Assembly: GCF_006345805.1 (NCBI RefSeq)
Contig: NC_043023.1
Coordinates: 14,942,001 to 15,006,000, forward strand
Source: Octopus sinensis
Taxonomy: Eukaryota
Reading direction: 5' to 3'
Length of the DNA: 64,000 bases
Shown here one piece after another: positions 26,670 to 37,976 of this stretch. Below the pieces are notes generated by a model. It had not been told where the DNA came from, made no database searches, and was given only the letters and a program-made list of their open reading frames with translations. Numbering within the stretch: the first letter of the stretch is position 1; the number at the start of each line of letters is the position of its first letter. Both the position numbers and the translations under genes were made by a program.

Positions 26670-26920
26670 TGCTTATAAGTTAAGTTAATGTTTTGGCTCA
26701 AAAAGCAAGGCCATGTAGGGGGACATGGAGTTATGTACAGGGAGGGTGTTCATGCAAAGAGTTCAGGCCATTTCTGGTCAAGAGAGACTTTGAACCGAGT
26801 GGCCGTCGGCATCTTCACTATCTCATCCGGCAGCTTATTCCACGGATCCACAACCTGGACGGAGAAAGCCCCTCTCCTTCGATTGAGATGAAATCGTCGC
26901 AGAAAGAGCTTTTCGGAGTG
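26670..26920 (-). pseudogene. CR1-type LINE 3' end
   Basis: Minus strand reads LFLRRFHLNRRRGAFSVQVVDPWNKLPDEIVKMPTATRFKVSLDQKWPELFA*, matching the CR1 C-terminal FS.RVV..WN.LP...FK..LD motif; short 3' UTR with (TAACT)n tail. Confidence 0.85.
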
Positions 26921-27388
26921 AACCCACAGCCTACCAGTCTCTTATGCCAAACTAAGTTACATGGACATAAACAAACCAACACCAGCTGTCAAGGGGACAA
27001 ATACAAAACACATAAACACACACACTCACACACATGTCAGGCTTCTTTCAGTTTCCAATAACCAAATCCACTCACAAGGCTTTGATAGAAAACACTTGCC
27101 GCACTGGAACTGAACCCAGAACCATGTGGTTGGGAAGCAAACAGTTTACCACACACCTATGCCTGTACTTATATTTCTATTTATACTTTTATTTGTTTCA
27201 TTTGACTGTGGCCATGCAGGAGCACTGCCTTTTAGTTGAAGAAATCGCCGCCAGGATTTTGTAAGCCTGGTACTTGTTCTAAGTGGTCTCTTTTGCTGAA
27301 CCGCTAAGTTACAGGGACGTAAACACACCAGCATCAGCTGTCAAGCGATGGTGGTGAGAAGGGGAAAAAATACACATACATAAATATA

Positions 27389-27447
<59 letters not shown>

Positions 27448-27449
<2 letters not shown>

Positions 27450-27630
27450 GTTAATCCAAACATGAAAGCACAAAAAAACACAACAACGCAAGGACGTGGA
27501 ACAAATATAGTATTATTGGATACTCAGGAAAGAAGGAGGATTTAATGTTTCGAGCGGAGCTCTTCGTCGGAAACATAGGAGAAGGGAAGACAGAGGAAAA
27601 AAAAAATCGCCAACGGTACACACGCGGTCA
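27448..27630 (-). mobile_element. Penelope-like terminal fragment with hammerhead-like motif
   Basis: Minus strand 27574-27541 reads GTTT-CCGACGA-A-GAGC-TCC-GCTC-GAAA-CATTAAA; homologous to 15815-15985. Confidence 0.6.
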
Positions 27631-27813
27631 TATATATATACACACACACACGACAATCTTCTTTTTAGTCTCCCTCTACCAAATCCACTCACAAGGCTTT
27701 GGTCAGCCTGAGTGTATAGTAGAAGACAGTTGCCCAAGGTGCCAAACAGTGGGACTGAACCTGGAACCATGTTGTTGGAAAACAAGCTTCTTACCACACA
27801 GCAACTCCTACGC

Positions 27814-27874
<61 letters not shown>

Positions 27875-27876
<2 letters not shown>

Positions 27877-28080
27877 CAGAGTAAACACAAATGTGAAACA
27901 AGGTGGGAAAAAGAGTATTCAAATACTAAGGGTAGAGTAATATGCTTTATTTAAAAGCAGCAGAAAATTCAACCAAACCTGTTACTCAGAGTTTCACTTC
28001 CCGTTCATTGTCCGACAAACGGGAACGTGAAACTCCGAGTAACCGGTTTTGTTAAATTTCTGCTGCTTTTAAATAAAGTA
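27875..28080. mobile_element. Penelope-like inverted terminal structure (61-bp arms, 12-nt spacer) within (TA)n
   Basis: 27945-28005 is the near-perfect reverse complement of 28018-28078; hammerhead-like motif at 28010-28043. Confidence 0.65.
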
Positions 28081-28569
28081 TATATACATATATACATACA
28101 TACATACATACACACACATATATATACATGGTTCAAATGTACAGAAACAAAAGACGAAGAGAGGTGAAGGAACAAGCAGGTGTATTCGTTAGACATCTCG
28201 AGAAGAATGGAAAAGTCTTTGACATTCCAAGCCTACGCATTTTGACAGAAAGGAATGAGAGGAAACTACATGGAGAGGAAGAGAGAGAGAGAAGTGTCAG
28301 GATTAATATGATGAAATGACCTGAAGAAAAAAAAAAAACAGGCCAAGTAAAAGGGAGATAACAGTGACCCAGCTGAACTGGGGTGCGCAAGTGCAGGTGC
28401 GTATGCAAGAAGCGTATGCAAGAAGTGTGTGTGTGTCGGTGGAGAGTAGTAGCACACACAACACACACACACACACCAACGGCTGGGTGGATTCGTGTGG
28501 AAAATGGCACACACGTGGAGACGGGTGCATAGATTGGAATGCAGTTTGTATTTTTTCCTATCCCCCATA

Positions 28570-29212
28570 TGTCTTTATTGACCACAAGGGGCTAAACATA
28601 GAGGAGACAAACAAAGGGATTAAATTAAGTCGATTACATCGACCCCAGTGCGTAACTGGTACTTTATTTATCGACCCCAAAAGGATGAAAGGCAAAGTGG
28701 ACCTCGGCGGAATTTGAACTCAGACCATAACAGCAGACAAAATACCTATTTCTTTATTGACCACAAGGGGCTAAACATAGGGGGGACAAACAAAGGGATT
28801 AGATTAAGTCGATTACATCGACCCCAGTGCGTAACTGGTACTTTATTTATCGACCCCAAAAGGATGAAAGACAAAGTGGACCTTGACGGAATTTGAACTC
28901 CGACCATAACAGCAGACAAAATACCTATTTCTTTACTACCCACAAAGGGCTAAACACAGAGGGGACAAACTAGCCCCGATATATTTCTTTATTGCCCACA
29001 AGGGGCTAAACATAGAGGAGACAAACAAGGACAGACAAAGGGATTAAAACAATTACATCAACCCCAGTGCGTAACTGGTACTTTATCGACCCCAAAAGGA
29101 CGAAAGGCAAAGTGGACCTCAGCGGAATTTGAACTCAGAACGTAACGGCAGATGAAATATCGCTAAACATTTCGCCCGGCGTGCTAACGTTTCTGCCAGC
29201 TTGCCGCCTTTC
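28570..29212 (-). mobile_element. Stacked SINE B insertions in the unclassified repeat
   Basis: Target CTAGCCCCCATA-like sequence present three times (about 28558, 28970 and 29213), separating a multimer and a monomer. Confidence 0.75.
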
Positions 29213-29315
29213 CTAGCCCCCATAGTAACCGAGAAATCCTTCTCAAAGAAATCCTTCTCAAACATGTCTTGCAAGTTACTTGGTGCCACAGTCCACGTTG
29301 AAGTCGTTGGTATTT

Positions 29316-29730
29316 GGAAGGGCCTCCAGCTGTAAAAACTACGCCAAAACTAACCTCACCTGTGCTAGGGCCACGTGAAAAGCACTCAGTCCACTCTGTG
29401 GGGTGGTCGGTGTTAGGAAGGGCCTCCAGCTGTAAAAACTACGCCAAAACTAACCTCACCTGTGCTAGGGCCACGTGAAAAGCACTCAGTCCACTCTGTG
29501 GGGTGGTCGGTGTTAGGAAGGGCCTCCAGCTGTAAAAACTACGCCAAAACTAACCTCACCTGTGCTAGGGCCACGTGAAAAGCACTCAGTCCACTCTGTG
29601 GGGTGGTCGGTGTTAGGAAGGGCCTCCAGCTGTAAAAACTACGCCAAAACTAACCTCACCTGTGCTAGGGCCACGTGAAAAGCACTCAGTCCACTCTGTG
29701 GGGTGGTCGGTGTTAGGAAGGGCATCCAGC
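29316..29730 (+). repeat. 100-bp perfect tandem repeat x4 derived from an RTE 3' UTR module
   Basis: GGAAGGGC(C/A)TCCAGCTGTAAAAA at 29316, 29416, 29516, 29616 and 29716. Confidence 0.95.
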
Positions 29731-29830
29731 TGTAAAAACCTTGCCAAAACATGCACAAAAGCCTGGTGCGGTCTTCTGCCTGGCCAGCTCCAGTCAAACT
29801 GTCCATACCAGCATTGAAGGTGGACATTAA

Positions 29831-30051
29831 CCCTTTCGTTACTGTATTTATTTTGAGGTGCTTTGTGTTTCTTTCAATTACTTTAAATATTACAAAGAAT
29901 TTAGTAAAATAACATCGTTATAATTAAGCTAGTTTTAGGAGCATAAATTATGACTAAGATTTGGTGGAAGATTTTAATTCAGATCTTATGAAAACAAGAC
30001 ATTTATACTACAAAGCCAGAGGCGGTTTCAGCTGGGTTGGTAGCAAAAGGA
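29831..30051. mobile_element. piggyBac-type MITE (~220 bp); family copies at 55215-55434 and 55459-55680, fragments near 2560-2618, 3560-3827 and 55720-55790
   Basis: TTAA-CCCTTTCGTTAC ... GTAGCAAAAGGA-TTAA; TTAA target and CCC/GGG ends. Confidence 0.85.
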
Positions 30052-30119
30052 TTAAGAATTGGTTCTCTATTATATATCTTAACCCTTTTGTGACACACAA
30101 ATATAGATACATATAGTGT

Positions 30120-30341
30120 AAATGGGAGCCCACATTATTTTAAACTAGTAGAAACAAGCCGGAGAGGTGGGGGGCCCCTATGCAGTTGGTCGACTTCCTC
30201 TTACAAATGGTAACCCGAGTTTCCTTCAGTTTACATCCCTAGTACCTAAATACCCACTACTACCACCCGAATTACACCCGTAACGTAAACAATAAGGAAA
30301 AACACATCGTAGTCCTAGATACAAAATGTTTTAAAATAAAA
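30120..30341 (+). repeat. Unclassified ~220-bp repeat, second copy at 35305-35530
   Basis: AAATGGGAGCCCAC...GATACAAAATGT(T/C)TTAAAATAAAA is present twice with high identity. Confidence 0.85.
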
Positions 30342-30655
30342 TAGATCTTACTCGATCAGCTGGACTGGTAACGAAAGGGTTAAACGATGATGATAGTTCT
30401 ATGACAGCAAAGAACCTATTCTGTTCTGGTCCCTTCTCTTATAACTATCTCCTAGCATACAGCCACCAGCACATACAGAGTTCAACAACCTTGCCAGTGC
30501 TGATGGCATGAAAAAAAAATTAGGGTTAGGGGTGACATTAGGAAGGGCAGCCAGCTATGGAAACCATGCCAGAGCAGACACTGGAGTATATTACATTCCT
30601 TGAGACCATTGATTCCTGTCAAATCATCCGACTTACGTCAGCATAGAACATGGAA

Positions 30656-30903
30656 TGTTCCTTCTCGAGCCATGCCAGGCTCATAAGGGCCGGTTTCCTG
30701 GTTTCAGTGGCGTAGAAATTCCCCACCTCGAAGGGACGCCAATCCGTCGCAGGATTACTGATTTTTGCCAGCAGAGTGGACTGGAGCAACGTGAAAATGA
30801 AGTGTTTTGCTCAAGAACACAACGCATCGCCTGGTCCAGGAATTGAAACCATAACCTTACGATCATGAGTTCAATACCCTAACCACTAAGCCACGCGTCT
30901 CCA
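30656..30903 (-). mobile_element. Short chimeric tRNA-headed SINE
   Basis: 14-bp TSD CATAGAACATGGAA (30642-30655, 30904-30917); tail as in 19978, body as in the ACGTGAAATGAAGTGTCTTGCTCAAG family. Confidence 0.8.
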
Positions 30904-31160
30904 CATAGAACATGGAAGTTAAATGATGAAAGATACATCTGTGCTATCTGAAAGCATGAACCCACTAGGCAGTTGTTTATGGACCCCATGGATCTAGAGG
31001 CCCAATCCTTATCTATATATGCTGTGGGCTTGCTGTCAATAAAAAGACTGGTACTCTGTCAGTTATGACAAGGGTTCCAGCTGATCGAAACAGAAAAGCC
31101 TGCTCGTGAAATTAATGTGCAAGTGGCTGAGCACTCTACAGACACATGTACCCTTAATGT

Positions 31161-32577
31161 TATTCCTTTATTGCCCACAAGGGGCTAAACATAGAGGGGA
31201 CAAACAAGGACAGACAAAGGGATTAAGTCGATTACATCGACCCTAGTGCGTAACTGGTACTTAATTTTTCGACCCCGAAAGGATGAAAGGTAAAGTTGAC
31301 CTCAGCAGAATTTGAACTCAGAACGTAAAGACAGAAGAAATACTGCTAAGCATTTCACCTGGCATGCTAACATTTCTTATTCCTTTATTGCCCACAAGGG
31401 GCTAAACACAGAGGGGACAAACAAGGACAGACAAAGGATAAGTCGATTACCGACCCTAGTGCGTAACTGGTACTTAATTTTTCGACCCCGAAAGGATGAA
31501 AGGTAAAGTTGACCTCAGCAGATTTGAACTCAGAACGTAAAGACAGAAGAAATACTGCTAAGCATTTCACCTGGCATGCTAACTTTCTTATTCCTTTATT
31601 GCCCACAAGGGGCTAACACAGAGGGGACAAACAGGACAGACAAAGGGATTAAGTCGATTACATCGACCTAGTGCGTAACTGGTACTTGATTTTCGACCCC
31701 GAAAGGATGAAAGGTAAAGTGACCTCAGCAGAATTTGAACTCAGAACGTAAAGACAGAAGAAATACTGCTAAGCATTTCACCTGGCATGCTAACATTTCT
31801 TATTCCTTTATTGCCCACAAGGGGCTAAACACAGAGGGGACAAACAAGGACAGACAAAGGGATTAAGTCGATTACATCGACCCTAGTGCGTAACTGGTAC
31901 TTAATTTTTCGACCCCGAAAGGATGAAAGGTAAAGTTGACCTCAGCAGAATTTGAACTCAGAACGTAAAGACAGAAGAAATACTGCTAAGCATTTCACCT
32001 GGCATGCTAACATTTCTTATTCCTTTATTGCCCACAAGGGGCTAACACAGAGGGGGACACAAGGACAGAAAAGGGATTAAGTCGATTACATCGACCCTAG
32101 TGCGTAACTGGTACTTAATTTTTCGACCCCGAAAGGATGAAAGGTAAAGTTGACCTCAGCAGAATTTGAACTCAGAACGTAAAGACAGAAGAAATACTGC
32201 TAAGCATTTCACCTGGCATGCTAACATTTCTTATTCCTTTATTGCCCACAAGGGGCTAAACACAGAGGGGACAAACAAGGACAGACAAAGGGATTAAGTC
32301 AATTACATCGACCCTAATGTGTAACTGGTACTTAATTTATCAACCCCAAAAAGATGAAAGGCAAAGTCGACCTCGGTGGAATTTGAACTCAGAACGTAAA
32401 GACAGAAGAAATACCGCTAAGCAGTGGAACCAAACTGAAAACGATAGGATTGGAAAATAACTTCTTAACCACACTGCCAAAACCTCGGCGGAATTTGAAC
32501 TCAGAACATAACGGCAGACAAAATACCGCCAAGCATTTCGCCTGGCTTGCTAACGTTTCTGCCAGCTCACCGCCTTT
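31161..32577 (-). mobile_element. SINE B multimer (six ~215-bp modules plus head) bounded by one TSD
   Basis: Unit starts at 31161, 31378, 31589, 31801, 32018 and 32232; 15-bp TSD ATGTACCCTTAATGT at 31146-31160 and 32578-32592. Confidence 0.9.
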
Positions 32578-34287
32578 ATGTACCCTTAATGTAGTTCTCA
32601 AGGAGATTCAGCATGTGACAGAATGACAAAGCTGGCCCTTTGTAATACAGGTGTTTCTCATTTTTGCCAGCTGAGTGAACTGGAGAAATATGAAGTAAAG
32701 AGCCTTGCTTAAGGACACACAAAAACTTGCACTCCGTTGATTGCGATAAGGGTCCCTGTTGATCCGATCAATGAAACAGTCTTTGAAATAGAAGAACTAC
32801 TAACTTTTGCCAGCTGAGTGGATGGGAGCAACATGAAATGAAGGGACTTGCTCAAGGGCACACTACATAGCCAGGAATGAAACCCACCACCTTGGGATTT
32901 TGAGCTGAGAGCCTTGCTTAAGGATACACAAAAACTGGCACTCCGTTGATTGCGATAAGGGTCCCTGTTGATCCGATCAAGGAAACAGTCTTTGAAATAG
33001 AAGAACTACTAACTTTTGCCAGCTGAGTGGATGGGAGCAACATGAAATGAAGGGACTTGCTCAAGGACCCACTACATTGCCAGGAATGAAACCCACCACT
33101 TTATGATTTTGAGCTGAATATCCTAACCACTTAGCCACGCACCTTGACGTTGAGGGTTCCAGTTGATCAGATCAACAGAAAAGCCTGCTTATAAAACTAA
33201 CATGCAAATGGCCGAGTACTCCACAGACATGCGTACCTTTGACGTAGCTCTCAAGGAGATTCCGTATGACACACGACAGAAAATGACAAGGCTGGCCCTT
33301 TGAAATACAGGTACTACTCATTTTTGTCAGCTGAGTGAACTGGAGCAATGTGAAATGAAGTGTCTTGCTCAAGAACACAACAGCCCACCAGAAATCAAAC
33401 AGGATCTTACGACTGTGAATCAGATATTCTATCCGCCAAGCCATGCACCTTCGTTGTCAATAAATACTACAGGTCCCAGTACACTGATTTCCCAGGAGCC
33501 TACAATACTGCTAAGGCGGTCCTGGATACATACATACATCTACACATACCAGAAACAGCTGTAAGGTTAAAAAAAGCATTGTTCACAACTTCGTGGCTTC
33601 AGGTTCAATCCCACATCACCCTCTACTATAGAGGCAGTGTCTCAACACTACCTCGGTTTGGTCAACACACTGAGAATGGAATCTGATAAACGGATATTGT
33701 GCTGAAGCCCGCCGTGTGTGTGTGTACTCATGTTTACACCAGTCTTGTTTATGCCGTGTGCTTTTGTGAAATGTAATTTAGCAGTTCAAGAGATGATAAA
33801 ATGAATAGTGGGAGCGGTGGGTTGCTCCAATATGGCCGTTGTCCAATGAATGAAACCAGTAACACGCATATATACATGTGAGTATACACACACAAATATA
33901 CATGTATAGATACATATAGTGTAAATTATATGTATATATTCACCCACATATATCCACATTACTGTGTACATATGAAATTTGTGCGCATATTTGTGTAGAT
34001 ACATATATGCATAGTGCACACACACATACATATCCATATAATTGTGTACAGACATAAGAAATTTGTGTGCATACATGTGCACATACATACACACACATCC
34101 ATATTAATAAAATTGTGTACACATGAAATTTGTGAAGATACATGTGTAGATACAAGCCTACATATATATATATAAATATGTAAATGATACATATATAGAT
34201 ATATGTGTGTGTGTACAATATATATTCTATATTATCGTGTATTCAGACATTTGTACGAAGTGAGTGCAGAGGAAGGAAAAATGTATG

Positions 34288-34700
34288 AAAATGGCGTCTG
34301 TGTTAAGAAATCAGCAAGATGTGGCGGCCATTTTTACAGAGGAAAACAAAAATGGCGCCCGCACCGACCACCACACCAGCTTTCACTCGCTCCACTATCT
34401 CTCACACACACAACAAATAACTACAAGCCAGCGAGGGAGCTTTATACTTGTGTGTAGTTTTGTTAGTTGCTCGACCTACTCAGTCTAGCAGTCAAAAGAA
34501 AGCTTTCTCTCTCTCTAGTTGTAACTTGAAAAATGAAGGAAAGAGCCACACAAGCCTTGTAAAGGAAGCTACTCTTTACACAAACAACGAACACACAGTC
34601 AGCCTCTATCCACTCACTTTACTTCACTAGCTCGCTCTCTCTCTCTTTCGCTGTCTCACATACACACAAACACCGAACGAACGAGGGAGCTTTATATTTT
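34288..34700 (-). promoter_or_regulatory. Candidate Pol II promoter: duplicated TATA module plus a cluster of three YY1-type motifs
   Basis: Minus-strand TATAAAGCTCCCTCG at 34446 and 34696; AAAATGGCG at 34288 and 34349; GCGGCCATTTT at 34324; locally CpG-rich unique sequence. Confidence 0.5.
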
Positions 34701-35037
34701 ATGTGTAGTCGGCCGACCTGCTGAATGTAGCAATCAGAGAGAGAGAGCTAGCTCTCTTCTTTCTCTCTCATCAAACTCAAAATCCTAGTAGTTAACGAGA
34801 GCCACTCAAACCTTAGTCTTAAGTATTATTATTCTAATTCCGTTAAAAAAAAATATCGTATACTCTTATAGGAATATTAAACAGACCTCTGCACTTCACT
34901 GGTTATTTATCCACTCCGGAAGGATGACTCCTAAATACAATCAGATTCTCCCACATTAACACACAAAACAAGGAAACCTTTACGTGATAGCGTCCAAAGC
35001 CCCTTCAAGTCGCATCCTCTCTTTCTCTCTAATATAT

Positions 35038-35089
<52 letters not shown>

Positions 35090-35947
35090 ATATATATAAA
35101 CAAAGGTTTGAAGTAACAAAAGAACGCATTAGACATTGTAATCTTTCTTACAAGCCCCTAAAACAAAATGCGGGTTGCTCACGTCTGGCATACTTTAGAT
35201 CATAATAGATGTTATTCGATCAGGATTGACGCGGGGTTAAACAAGGGGACCTGCTGAAAGAAGCAGTCAGATTTCATTCAACAAAACTACTCAACCGTCT
35301 TTTAAAATGGGAGCCCACGTTTTTTTAAACTAGTAGAAACAAGCCGGAGAGGTGGGGGCCCCTATGCGGTTGGTCGACTTCCTCTTACAAATGGTGACCC
35401 GAGTTTCCTTCAGCTTACATCCCTAGTACCTAAATATCCACCACCACCACCACCCGAATTACACCCGTAACGTAAACAATAAGGAAAAACACATATCGTA
35501 GTTCTAGATACAAAATGTCTTAAAATAAAAGACGAGATGGTCATGCCCGAAAAGGCTTTGATCTGAGATCTACCCGATCAGTGTTGACCTGGGTCTAACA
35601 ACTACAATCGTACAAGCATGTGGAGTCGGATTTGCTTTACACCGTCAACAGCAGCGCTAAGTACGTCTCGTTTCTGGGGATTTAAACCTTAATAAAAAAA
35701 TAATGAAAGGGATCAGGAAAAGACCCCCAAGAACAGGCAGTGTGGGTCACGTTTCTTAAGATGGTTGAGTATTTTAAGTGAGAAGTAAGGGGGGAAAACA
35801 TTCATAATAAATGTCTGCCTTGTACGTGATCGCTGAGTTTGTGCTAAATTTTCCTTCAATCACACCCGACTATTATGGAAAAGGAGAAAAAAAAAACAAG
35901 GACATATTATACAACGTGGTAAATAAAATGTCTTGGTGAAAATACAG

Positions 35948-36007
35948 GAGATGGCCACAACCGGAACGTCTTTTGCACTGGGGCTCCCGGATCAGAGGGC
36001 AAACCAG
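35948..36007 (+). CDS. Candidate 60-nt phase1-phase1 exon, (G)DGHNRNVFCTGAPGSEGKP(G), with three Gly-X-Y triplets
   Basis: Strong donor CAG|GTAGGT but weak acceptor (AAATACAG); no partner exons identified. Confidence 0.2.
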
Positions 36008-36360
36008 GTAGGTGTGGGCCTTTCAGAAAAACAACAACAACAGAATCGAATTAAGAGGGAATCCCGTCTACGTGGTCGGGTTTACCTGCTAGAAACTCTA
36101 ACCAAAATATCCATCGAACCCCACAAGCTTCTTTATATGTAAGTTCCATAACACGCAAAAAGGCGGGATGGCCACGGAAGTAACAGCTCTGAGTCACATG
36201 TAGATCCCGTACACTCGATCAGGGTTGACCCGCGGCTACGCAACTCGAAATAATAATATTATTAGTAATTCGGTACACAAGTCTCAGAAGAAAGCCATAT
36301 TGTTTGAAATTATATCAGAAGGGAAAAAAAATATAAGAATTTACACAGAAAGTGTGTGTG

Positions 36361-36406
<46 letters not shown>

Positions 36407-37099
36407 CGTTTGTGTGTGTATACACAATGAAAGATATGTATTGGATATTCGACAGATGTGTGTAGATATAAACACACATTTGGCGTGTAAATATTTACAA
36501 GCAGAATCACTAGGCGATAAATCACACACAACAATGGATATCATACAGCAAATATACAGTGTATATATATTCTATACAAACAGCTGAGTATATACAGCAT
36601 ATAGGCCTATATATATATATATATATATATATACTTTACCATCTACCACACAAATATATAGATCGCTATACACATAGCAGGCTATTTACACATCTCTATA
36701 CATACCAGAAATATGCCACAATACATGTATGTATATATATATATATACACACATCTCCAGGATATGCCTTCTCTGCACAATGTACACGACACAAAATAAC
36801 AGTATACACACCGCAACACTGGAAAATATGTATATTAGGGTAGATTATACACACACACTATATATATATATATATATATATGTGTATGTATATATACGCC
36901 AACATACACTATCAGGGGAGGCAAAGGTGCACCTACGTGGTCGCTAAGGCTGCTAGAAAAAGCAGTCAAATCTCTCTTTATTCACAGCTTACCTTCATAA
37001 AGTTAGGACGGACACGTTTGGTGATACTCATAGATACACTACGTCGAAACAAAAAGACAGGGTAGTCACGGTAGGAACGCAAATCTGAACCTTAGGCTT

Positions 37100-37310
37100 G
37101 CTCGATTTACGGTTGACGTGTGTATATATTCATACAGCAAATTCCATCTAGCATGCTACTATGTATGTGTGTATAAACATAAACACACTACACTATATAT
37201 ACATACCATAAACATACCACACATATATACACACCATTATATATATGTGTGTGTGTGTGGCCATACACACATCACAAGCCCTACATACATAACATCACAC
37301 ATACGAGAGG

Positions 37311-37347
<37 letters not shown>

Positions 37348-37525
37348 TATATATATATATATAGAGATATATATATATACACATACCCACTCCACATTAC
37401 ATTTAAATACATACCACACAAAATATTTCACTATATATACATTATATAAAATCTACATAAAACCAACCACACTATACAAAATTATATAGACATAAAATAC
37501 TACACACTATATATATTAGTGAGTG

Positions 37526-37563
<38 letters not shown>

Positions 37564-37925
37564 CACATACCATACATATCACACTAGCAGTGTATCTATA
37601 CATATACACAATATCTTCTACACCATACAATATATATACATATCCACACAGCATTATATATACATATTTGTGTGTATATATATATATATATACACACAAA
37701 GACGCATACATACATGCCAGCGTAGCGCCTTATAAAGTATCTATATACACACACACAGAGTACCATCACCATACCACCACTATATATAGACATAAATGTG
37801 TATATATTTCTGAGGATCGTACTGTTGGATACAAACGCCACTATAGCATATATATACACACACATTTATGTGTATATATGTGAATGTGTATATATTATAT
37901 ATATATATATACTTATACACCTTAC

Positions 37926-37976
<51 letters not shown>

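Noticed and set aside
28205-28260. Third hammerhead-like remnant (minus strand CTGTCAAAATGCGTAGGCTTGGAATGTC)
   Set aside because: Too decayed; core nucleotides are missing
36150-36245. ETS (CGGAAGT) plus AP-1 (TGAGTCA) motif pair
   Set aside because: Lies inside a short dispersed repeat also found at about 35170, 35530, 43325 and 46745, so it is not specific evidence of an enhancer
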